Shown here: piece by piece, positions 21,647-31,522 of the stretch
Position numbering within the stretch: the first letter of the stretch is position 1
Layout: every line of letters begins with the position of its first letter
Source: Psammoneis japonica
Lineage: Eukaryota
Length of the DNA stretch: 64,000 nucleotides
Assembly: GCA_008632985.1 (NCBI GenBank)
Contig: QPGO01000101.1
Location: forward strand, 1 to 64,000
Direction of reading: 5' to 3'
Made by a program: the position numbers and the translations under genes
Notes under the pieces: model-generated
Told to the model about the DNA's origin: nothing
Database searches by the model: none
The model's input: only the letters and a program-made list of their open reading frames with translations

Positions 21647-22012
21647 TTAATCATAGTGTTCTTCCTCCTCTTCTTCTTCCTCCCCCTCCTCTTCCTCCTC
21701 CTCTTCTTCTTCCTCTTCTTCCTCCTCCTCTTCTTCTTCCTCCTCCTCCTCCTCTTCTTCCTCTTCTTCCTCTTCTTCCTCTTCCATGGATGATTTGCTT
21801 GACTTGCTAGACTTGCTTGACTTGCTTGACTTGCTTGACTTACTTGACTTGCTTCCCATTCCTTTGCCATACAGCTCGCGAGCATTGTAGGTCGATGTTT
21901 TCTCCAACTTGCGGGCATGGATCTCGCGGCCGCGGACACGCGACTGAGCGGCAGCAACGTCCACCAACGCCATCGTGGCAACAGCAAGGAGGAACAACGG
22001 AAGAAGCTTCAT
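21647..22012 (-). CDS. small secreted silaffin-like protein: signal peptide, RXL sites, (SKS)n block, poly-Glu tail
   Basis: MKLLPLFLLAVATMALVDVAAA-QSRVRG...ARKL...AREL...GSKSSKSSKSSKSSKSSKSSM-poly(E)-HYD, 121 aa from ATG 22012. Confidence 0.7.
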   Translation of the reverse strand: MKLLPLFLLAVATMALVDVAAAQSRVRGREIHARKLEKTSTYNARELYGKGMGSKSSKSSKSSKSSKSSKSSKSSMEEEEEEEEEEEEEEEEEEEEEEEEEEEEEEEEEGEEEEEEEEHYD

Positions 22013-22572
22013 GGTTGAGGGGGGAGAAAACACTGAAAACCACGCTGCAATCTGTTTTGTGAGAGTTGTGAGTTGTGAGACGATGGCGGGTACGAAGTGG
22101 GCAAAGTTTTTTGTTTTTTCACAAAAAATGTTGATAAATTTTGAAACATTTATATGACCTTCAGAAGAGTATGATTCGCAAAAATTTAAAAATCAATGAT
22201 ATAAATAAGCGCTAAATACCTAATAATAAAATTTCAACTATCAAACCACATACCGTATCAAAAATTTTTATCCTATGCTCAAATATGAACGTGCAGATAC
22301 TAATCAAATATCGAAAATTATTTATTAAAAATGTTAACGACTAAGAATCTTAGATGCTGTATGTCGAAGTCATAACTCACATAAAACGTCAAATTTTAAA
22401 AATTGAGAAACAAAAAAATGAGTCGTACACATGACTGACTGCGAAAGTAAAAATTTGTAAAGCGCTGCGCCAGTCGTGGGAAAGCAATTTCTTTCTCGCA
22501 CAACCGCTTCCATCGTGCCGCTTCTCACTTTTTCTTGTTTAAAAGAATCATACCCCAACCCTGTTTCCAACC

Positions 22573-23639
22573 ATGCGTGTTTCTACCTGTGTTTTCTTTG
22601 GTGTTGCCGGTCTGCTCGATTGGCAGAATGGAGCCTTGGCGATTGCCAATCCTTCGGGAGAAGAAGCGGTCGAAAAGGTGGAGGACCCGGAGCAAAAGTT
22701 TGTGTTGAAGCCGGATGCGAGCCTTTTAGACTATCTGGACCCCTCCCTGTTTGAAGATCCATCGGTTTTGAAAGAAGTCAAGGAAACCCTTCGTAGAGGG
22801 AGCCTCGTTGTTCTCAAGGATGCGTTTATTCCAGAGTTTGCTGAATATGCGTGGTCCTCTTTTAGTCGAGATGATCTTGAATGGGAGCCGTTTGTGTCTA
22901 TCAAACCTAATGGCCACAACTTTTTAAAGCACAGACCGGTCTCGAAAGATAAAGAGGAGGTGTTTAAACAAGTTTCAGATGTCTTCAAGCACAAGGACTC
23001 GAGGAAGTTCATGTCTTTTCTTTCAGGCAGAAATTGCCATTCCAGCAACATTTCTACCTTGTTGAGCTGGTATAAGCCGGGAGATCACAGTAATCCACAC
23101 AGTGATAGACTGGGAAAAGAACTGTGACGTTTCTTTGGCAGCTATCCAAAGATTGGGATCCAGCTTGGGGTGGTGCCTTTTATTGGAACAATGCATTCTT
23201 TCAAAACGCTTACCAGCACGCCTCGTTTAACACGCTCCTCCTGTTCCCCGTAACGGCCACGTCAACTCATGCGGTCACCCCAGTCTTGCCTGCTTCGGAA
23301 GGTTACAAACGGCTGACCTTTTGTGGTTGGTACAATGCCAAAATAACTCGAGACGAATGGGATACTGTGGATGATCCTTTGGAACTCATGTATGCCACCC
23401 CGGAGGATCGATCCGAATTGACATATGAGGAGGCAAAGCGAATTGTGGCGATGGATCTTTCCGAGGTCAAGGACGAGGCTCGCCGACAGAAACTTGATGC
23501 TCTTAAGGACGACATTCTGGATGAAGCTATTCATCCCTTATATGAAGATGCTATTTATGTGTTGGGTTTTCCTGAGGAGAACCACGACCTTGAGAAAAAG
23601 GAAGGGCTGTCGGAGGGACAACGAGAGAGAACCTCTTGA
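22573..23639 (+). CDS. 2OG-Fe(II) oxygenase (prolyl-hydroxylase-like) with a 1-nt frameshift near 23116-23119
   Basis: SWYKPGDHSNPHSD (HxD), WQLSKDWDPAWGGAFYW, FNTLLLF, STHAVTPV, KRLTFCGW. One extra A in ggaaaagaac joins the two ORFs. Confidence 0.8.
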
Positions 23640-23799
23640 ACCGTTTCATTGAATCTTTAGCTTTTCGCGTACGAGTGTAACTCTATAGCGCCAGACCTGC
23701 ATACTTTCTTTGTTCTTCCGGATATCCTGCGAGGACGATAAAACTTACTTAATGAATCAGGGTGAATGGCAAAATTGCAATGCACAACTTGAAATCGGG

Positions 23800-24130
23800 A
23801 CCAAAAGGTGGTGAATTTCTGTTGCATTGATGGCAACTTTGCCAGGCCGAGGCAATCAGCAACAAAAAGTTTGAGGTTTGGATGATGCAAAGGGCCCACA
23901 AGGTGTGAAGAGGAGCCAAGTGGTCGTGCAGGGATGCTGTTCCAGTGATCCCAGTCCAGCAAGCCTCTGTTGTGGAGAAGGAAAATGAGATGTGTTGACC
24001 CCCAAGGGAGACAGAGTGCCAATGCTGTTCCTCCTTCCAAGGCTCATTTGCAATCTGTGGTGGTGTTGATGATGCCAAACTGATCTTTGAGGAGAGCTGA
24101 TTTGTCAAGTGTGGCTGGGAAGAGTGTCTT
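23800..24130 (-). pseudogene. hypermutated 3' fragment of a paralogue of the GT61-like gene at 29578-31059
   Basis: EGGTALALCLPWGSTHLIFLLHNRGLLDWDHWNSIP...LHHPNLKLFVADCLGLAKLP versus GGGTASAFFLPRGSHLILFYDKGLLDWDYWNNIP...LHLPNLKLLVEDCLGLAKLP. Confidence 0.85.
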
Positions 24131-25609
24131 GATGCCCAGCATTTTCAACCAGAGTCTTGACATGCTGCTGGTGTGTTTGGGAGTTGCTGAGCTTTGTGGG
24201 ATCCCTGCCCACTGCAGACTTGCCAGCCTCAAGCCAAGATCTGAAACTTTCTTCATCTCAGCCACTGCTTTGCCCAGCTTGTCTGGTTCATTGTGAGCCT
24301 TCACACAGTGCACAGTGCATTGGTCAATGGAGAACCATCCCCTGCCAGCACACTTTTCAGCAGCAATCACAGCATGGGTGTGGCTTTTCCTGGCACTTGT
24401 GTTGCCACCAACCTTTCCACCTGCTGTTTCAAAGGTCAGGCTGTTCCATGGCTATCATGTGTGTGGTGGCTGGCTGCAGAACACAGTGGAGATGACTTTT
24501 GTTGTGGTGGTTGTGCTCAGGACCTTGTGTGCCACAGGCAGCAGCTCACAGCACATCTGCAACTGCTTCCCCTTCATGGAGTGGGTGGATCAAATGGGAT
24601 CCTGTTGTGGCACAATGACAATGGTGAAGTTTGGTCTCCAACAACTTGATGAAAAGAAGGTGGGGAACTCATGGACCTGCGTTGACAAGGTGGCCTTGCA
24701 CTTGCCATTGTCTTCCAAGTCTGAGGGCTTGAGCCAGCTCTGCAAGGCACTTGGCAAGAACATGCCTGGCCTGTCATGTTGCCAGCAAAGTTGGCACCTG
24801 CAAATGAAAGGGAGCCTTGTTGGCGCCAAAGGTGCTTCTTGGCATGTTGGAGAACAACCCAAGTGCAAGATCTTTGACCCAGGCCTTTCACACTCAGTGT
24901 GGGGCAGCGCAGTGCTCACTTGGAAAATTGAGTGAGGTGCCAAGCAAGATTTGGAAAACCTGTGCTGCACATTCTCAAAAAACATGTTGCGTGGGAATGC
25001 AGTGTGGGAGTTGCTGATTTGGCATGTTTGCTCATCTTTCCATGGCAGACAGAGCCCCTCAAGATGTTCTTGAACCCTTGCCAAAAGGGCACATCATTGG
25101 GGATTGGGGTGGAAACCGGCAACACAGAGAGCAAGATTCTCTGTGACAGCAGCTGCACCAGCAATTGTCTGCACTCCAGTCTGCCCCTGGAGGCACCCAC
25201 AGGGAAATGATGGGAAGACATGACCCATCAAATTCAAGGGGTTGGCAATCCTTTGCTCCAATTGACCACTGTGCTTTTCTTGACAGTGACTCTCAAATGT
25301 CTTTGAAACATCAAGTGCCAAATGTGGCGTTCCACAATCCCAGATCCTCATGATGCACATTGGGCATCAACATTCTTCAATGATGTCTCTTGGAAACCCA
25401 GCTTGGGTGTCAGAGGTTTTCCACTCAGAAGCACACCAAGAGCACAGCCACCACACCAAACAGTGCCACTCTCCCATTTGTTCTTTCCTTGACTTTCAAC
25501 CTCTCCCTGGCAATCAGGTCAGCCTCTGCACTGACGCTGCTCACTCCTGTGCTTTTGCTCCCACTCACTCATCAACTGGAAGTGACTCCACATCCCCACA
25601 ATTGTTGGT

Positions 25610-26600
25610 CACATGGCACATGCCTCTGTGACTGTCTGAGCAGGTTCAGTGAGAGCATCCACAACCATGTCAGCCATGTCATCAACAAAGGTGCCATCAG
25701 CATTCAAGGCTGGAGACCTTCTCCAGTTTGTCACGCTGCTTTTTTTGGCCAACTCTCTGCACTCAATGTTGATTTCTTCAAGCATTTCAATGTGTTTGCT
25801 GATGCTGACAAAGCCAATTGGCACAACAACCAAGTTTCTAACACCACTGGCCCCAAGCTCTGGAAGCACATTGTCAGTGTGCAGATGAAGCCATTTGTTG
25901 GGGCCCACCTGACTTTGGCAGCTCAAATGGATTTCAACGCCGTCCTTGGGCCCAGGAAGCAATTTGGGTGTTTTTCTGATCTGGTGCAATCCTTTGTCTG
26001 TTCTTGACATGCCTTCCCCCCATCAATGTAAGATTTTGGCACCCGATGAGCAGAGAACAGCACGTGGTGGGCACATTTCTGCCCCACTGCCGTGCCCTCT
26101 GTGACATCTTCAGGCGTGAAGGACTCAAGCTTTTTCTGAATTGCCGCTGCCTTGACACAACCCGGCCCATCGCACCATGAGGGACCACCATGTGAACCAT
26201 TTCATCAGAGCCCAAACCAAGCTGTGTTCTTGGCAAAGATCTCCTGCAAAACTTGCAGGCTGCTCCCAGACATGGACCTGCTCCTGAACTGAGGACAGAG
26301 TGGGAGAATGACAAGAGCACTTGTGTGCCATCCTTTTGAATCTGTTCCAAAGCATCCTCAGCAAATGGGTGCCAGCATCACATCCCAACACATGCCTTGA
26401 CATCCAGGCCATGATGTCATTTTTTCAAAGAGTGACTCATGAGATTTGTTGCAAGCAGCCCTTGATTTGGGAACTTGCTTTCCACATCATCTGCGCAATT
26501 GGTGACAGCAATGGTGCCAGTGGTCCTGGCAGTCAAATGATGTCAGGGGCGGCAAACAGGTTGCACAGCTCACCTGTTGGAAGGTGGCAATTTTGGCATC
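25610..26600 (-). pseudogene. hemH: ferrochelatase pseudogene
   Basis: LCNLFAAPDII*LP (~26530-26570; canonical LYNLFADPDIIRLP), EQIQKDG, HLSCQSQVGP..WL..HTD.VLPELG..GVRNLVVVPIGFVS..HIEMLEEINIECRELA...WRRSPALN. Multiple frameshifts. Confidence 0.85.
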
Positions 26601-27049
26601 TCCATCTAAAGCTCAGCTGCTCACTCCTCTTTTGTCAAATGCCGCTGGCACTCCCTCAGTGCTCAATCATCTGCTGCTGCATGTTGGGCAGCAACTGCTT
26701 GATGAATGTTGAGTGCATCAACTGATGATGCAGTGCTGCAAAAAAAGGGGGCTGGAGTGCTGATTGCAAAAAGTGGAAAATTGAAAATTGCAACCAGCTT
26801 CCACAGACCACAAGCTGCTGCAAGAATTGAAAATTCCCTTCGCAGTTTTTGATTTGCCCAACAAGCACCCAATTTGGGTGGCAGTGCAACTTGTGGTCCA
26901 TTCCAGAAAATTGTTGGTCAGACAAAAATGTGTTGCAACAGGCACAGCTGATTTTTTGCTTGTGAAAAAACACAAAAAATGTGCTGAAAAGTGAGGAAAT
27001 GCCAAACACAGGAGCCTCTTGCTGATCTTTGCTCACCCTGGATCTTTCT

Positions 27050-27580
27050 CTCTTTAAGCTGCATCTTCAAGGTGCAAAAATGGGCCAGCTTCTGCACACA
27101 CACAGAGCTTGGCATGCGCTCCACACAAATCACCAAAGTCAGCTTGCCAACTTTTTCAATGCTCTCCAGGATGATGGAAGCCTGGACAACTCATGCAGCA
27201 AAGAGTTCAAAGTGCTTGTTTGGACTCCCCTTGACTTGCTCATGGAGAAAAAGTGCATGTTTTCACAGGTTTTTGAAGACGTGCACTAAGTCCATTCAGA
27301 AAGGTGCCAAAATCATGATGCTTGAGTTTTGTGGAGCCATGTCAAATGGCTGGGGTGGTGCATGAAAACATGTGGTCTCTCTTGATGAACAATTTGAGGG
27401 GAGCTCACCAAGCAAGCAGCCCAAACACTTGTTTGTCATGAGAAATGCAAAAGTTTCCATCACCTGGGAGAGGGCCAAAGTGGGTGACACAACTTTGGTG
27501 ATTTGTGTGGAGAAAACATGCTGAGTTCTGCGTGTGCAAAATCTGGCCCAAATTTGCACCCATGCCGCCTTAAAGGGGCC
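27050..27580. repeat. degenerate inverted repeat with ~220-bp arms (fold-back/MITE-like)
   Basis: Arms ~27050-27270 and ~27360-27580. tccacacaaatcaccaaagt occurs at 27120 (+) and as its reverse complement at ~27492-27511, and the flanking sequence also aligns. Confidence 0.7.
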
Positions 27581-29577
27581 ATCCTCCTTGCAGTGGAACC
27601 CAAATTTTTCTTTCATTTTTGGAAATCTTGCCAGGCCTGAAGGGGAGAATTGACCATGGTGGTGCCAGCTCTCCACCCCCCCATGCTCCTGCACTGTGCA
27701 TTGGCAGTGGGTGGGCTGCCATGGTGCATGGCACAGCATGTGCATGTGGTGTGCTTGCAATGTGGGCGACCATCATGTTTGATGGTTCACACCATTTTTG
27801 GGGCTGGAGCAAGGTGCACAAACTTTTTTGCCACCACGGTGGTGCATGGCACGAACTTGCTTGTTGCTCAACATGTTTTTCTTTTTCCATGGTGGCCACT
27901 TTATGTGGAATTTGCAGCAAATTGTGTTTGTCCAAAGGTGAGCAAAATTTTCAACATTCCATGCTGGCAACCCCAGTTTTTAACAAATCTCAAGCTTTCC
28001 TGAAAAACAGCTCTGTGTGCCAATTTTTTAGGAAGAAGTCCCCATGAACTCCAATGCCCCAATGATCATTCCACAAATTTGAATAGATCAATTTGACTGA
28101 ATGGCCTGTGCCATTTGACATGACAAGGGGCACACTTTAAAAGGGCAACTGACCCATCCACTGCCTGGCCAACAGACCAGCCAACAGACCGCCAAAACAA
28201 AAAAGTGTCCTGGGACACCAACCACTCAGCGGTCAATGAAATCTTTTGCACCACCCACCAAAGGTTGGGGGGGGGGTCCAAGTGTGTTTTAGAGAAAGGG
28301 GAGAAAGCCCCTGCTCTGGCCATTTGGGTTTTCAAAGAAAGCCAGATCACCAAGTCAAAAAGGAAAAAAAGCACAAGACCTTGCCCAAATGGTGGGGAAG
28401 AAGTGTGCGACATCAACAACTTTGCACGGTCATTGGGCAAAGACTGCACACCCAAGTGAAAACAGCGCAGCTGAGGCTGACAACAATGTTTCAATGAATG
28501 AGTGCCAGTGCACACCATGGACAACACTGGCTGCCACAGCAGTGTTGCAGCTGTCTTCACAGCAACAGGCTGGGCCTGAAAGTGGCCAAGGCTTTGACAC
28601 AATGCTCCAGACGTTGGCCGCAAAAAATGATCACACAGCTGAGTTGTGAGTCACATGACAAGCTGGGTGGCTGCTGGGCTGTCTTGCAGCATTGACAGTC
28701 AACAACACAGCAAGATCCATGAGAAGGCACACATTGTTTTGTGGTCTCAGTAAAAAAAAAATAAAAAAAGCAGCTGCAAGCTTCAAAGCAAAACTCCACT
28801 CTCCAAGATCTCCAACCAGCGCATCCCTTGCTCTTGCTTTCTTGTCAGTGTTTGCCTTGCTTTGCACCTGCCACCCCTTTCTTTGTCCTGTTTGTGCTTT
28901 TGGGAACATGTGCACAAGTGGCCTTATTTGAGCACCACTTGAGGGGGGTCATTTGCTGGAATTTTAGCTTGAGTTTGGCCAAACAGCTCCCAGTTCACAC
29001 AGTGTTTTTTTTTAGTTTCACTGCTCTTCATCCTGGTGAAAACAGCAAGCCATGAGACTGGGTGGAGGGGGGGAGCTCTGCCAACTCTTGTTCATTTTGT
29101 GTTTGTTGTGTGTCAAAGGTCACACATGCACCAAAAGTTTGTGGACGGCCCACTGCGTTTTGGAGAAAAATCGACGGTTGTCGTCATCGCCGTGCTTCGA
29201 TCGCGGTGCCTGATGTTCTCGTTTCCGTGCCAATCGGGTGAGAATGTGAACAATTTGTGCATTCAAAAATAATGACTGTAAAAAATCTTAATCAAATGCC
29301 ACGGTAATTTTAGGTTAAACGCGGGGATGACCTCACTCAAATCGCAGGATCTACCGTATCTGGGGATGACCTTAAACAACAGTGGAACATTCTTCCTATG
29401 AGTAGAGAACCTTCTATTTGTAAATGTCAACGCATCGAATTCCTCGTGGCGCCTGTGCAATTTCGCACCGACCTGGTCGTTCTTCCTCGAATCTCGTAGA
29501 GAGGGATTATATGATGTGCGTCCACCTCTATTCGGGTGAGGCATCAGCAGGGGGGGCTAGGCACAACTTGATCGAGG

Positions 29578-31059
29578 CTAAAAGGTGACGTATGCTCGTT
29601 GCCTCGGTGGCAACTTTGCGAGGCCAAGGCAATCCTCAACCAGAAGTTTGAGGTTTGGCAGATGCAATGGGTCCTCAAGGTGTTGAAAAGGAATCCAGTG
29701 GACATGCACATCAGGGATGTTATTCCAGTAATCCCAGTCCAACAGTCCTTTATCGTAGAAAAGGATGAGATGCGATCCTCGGGGGAGAAAGAAAGCCGAA
29801 GCTGTTCCTCCTCCCACCGCTGATAAAAATATGTCTGTCTTCGAGAGCATTTGCATTTGCTCTTCGAGTGTCATTTCTGCGAGAGTTGCTTCCTCAATTT
29901 GAACTTGAGCATCATCAAACGCAACCCGAAGGTAATCCATTTGTTGTTTGAAATCAAGGCTTCCCCGTTTCTTTTTGGTGCTAGAATTTTTTGAAAATAG
30001 AATCATGGCCTGAGATCCGGAAGCCACCCCGCTTTCTTCAATTCCGACCTTTTGCATCATGAATCTACGCATCCGTCGAAAGAATCCTCCTCTTCCTGTA
30101 TTCGCAGGAGCAAGAGTTCGATCCTTGCCATCTGAAGTAAGGACGTGCGTTCCATTTTGAAGGTGGGTCTCATGACGTCCAAAATGTGATACTCCCGTTA
30201 GACCGGTCTTTGCACAAATAGTTCGCGAGGAAAGGGATTGGAGCGGCACGGGCTGCCCATCCAGTCGGATATCAAACTCGCCATCTTCCCAAAAGGGGTT
30301 GTGCTTATCAAAGTTTCGCATACCCATTAACTTGGAGCCCCATCTATTCATCATGTCAGATCCACCTTCTCGATCGTAAGATTCATCAATTTCCTGTTTC
30401 AATGGGACCAAATAAATGTCAGTCTCCTCTTTTGCAAACATTTCGATCAACGTATATAGAGACGTAAGATCCTGCCACAGGTGGTGCCCTGGATTGCGGT
30501 AGCCAATACGGTGTCGGAAGAAAGGCATCATCGTGACATTCAGAAGATAATATGAGGATGGAGGCGTTGCGTTCACGATTAGTGGATAGAACAGTCCATG
30601 TGGCTCGGGGTCAGAGGTCACTTTTATTTCTTTACTCAGTGCCTGGGCGTTGACCTTCATGCCCGTGACAGGATGGTCCTCCCGTAGGGTGCTAGAATAC
30701 CACCCATCCGGTAGTTGCGAAGATACATCGTCTTTGTAAATCACAAATTTCAAGCGATCCATATCAAAGCAGAAAAGCTCATATTCACAGGAGCGATAAA
30801 GCCAGGAAGTCCTCTCTTGGTATGTATCTCCAACACAATGTATTCTTGTCTTTGGGGGCTCTTCCAACAGCACTAGATCGTATCCGTTGAGTGTAGTACC
30901 GCCTACGGGAGAGCTAGCGGTGTGTCCTTGTGACTTTATTTGAATTTGTTCCATGCCCATGAAACCGTTTCGCAGATCCCTTCCGAGATGATTCAGAACC
31001 GCGCAAGTCACAACCAAAAAAAGGAGTAACAATGGCAGTTGTATGGCCATCATCTTCAT
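29578..31059 (-). CDS. type II membrane glycosyltransferase family 61-like protein
   Basis: 493 aa with N-terminal TM helix, HCVG...YRSC...FCFD, NPGHHLWQD, LEEQMQMLSKTDIFLSAVGGG...FLPRGS. Confidence 0.7.
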   Translation of the reverse strand: MKMMAIQLPLLLLFLVVTCAVLNHLGRDLRNGFMGMEQIQIKSQGHTASSPVGGTTLNGYDLVLLEEPPKTRIHCVGDTYQERTSWLYRSCEYELFCFDMDRLKFVIYKDDVSSQLPDGWYSSTLREDHPVTGMKVNAQALSKEIKVTSDPEPHGLFYPLIVNATPPSSYYLLNVTMMPFFRHRIGYRNPGHHLWQDLTSLYTLIEMFAKEETDIYLVPLKQEIDESYDREGGSDMMNRWGSKLMGMRNFDKHNPFWEDGEFDIRLDGQPVPLQSLSSRTICAKTGLTGVSHFGRHETHLQNGTHVLTSDGKDRTLAPANTGRGGFFRRMRRFMMQKVGIEESGVASGSQAMILFSKNSSTKKKRGSLDFKQQMDYLRVAFDDAQVQIEEATLAEMTLEEQMQMLSKTDIFLSAVGGGTASAFFLPRGSHLILFYDKGLLDWDYWNNIPDVHVHWIPFQHLEDPLHLPNLKLLVEDCLGLAKLPPRQRAYVTF

Positions 31060-31522
31060 CTCTACGTACGGTACAAACAGCTGAACAATAAGTTCTCTAT
31101 TTATACAGCTTTAGGTGCACCTCCTGAACATCCGCACCTACCGACTAGACCTACCGAGCACAACTACTAGATAGAGCACCGACTCACAGAAAAATGTGAC
31201 GACAAGCGTGTCAGTTCAACGCATATATAAATATGCTCATTCATTAAGAAGTTAAATACGAATTGTTATGCGTTCGTCGTGCGTTTGCTTTGGCTGCGTT
31301 ATGCGTTGAGTCGTGCGTTAGTTTTGGCTGTGTCGGTGCAGGTCACTCCCAGCTTGGGAGGTCTGTAATTGGTTGCAGGTAGGTACAGTAGGAGTTTGTG
31401 AACTTGTTTGTGAAGACATGGGGCCCTACAGTACAATAGCTCGTATGCAGTAGCATTGCCTGCAGCGATCGATCAAAGATCATCGCTCCCAAACTATTCT
31501 TTCTCCTTTCCTTAATCGAAGC

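Larger units (their letters stand above)
23770..29250. other. TpA- and CpG-depleted block
   Basis: About 20 TA seen by eye in 24000-29000. Confidence 0.9.

Noticed and set aside
21550..21987. Lys/Arg-rich 145-aa ORF
   Set aside because: It is an alternative frame of the GAR-repeat poly-Glu tract of the silaffin-like gene.
23770..29250. Classical RIP or plain CpG deamination
   Set aside because: RIP creates TpA and CpG decay does not remove it, whereas here TpA is the dinucleotide lost.
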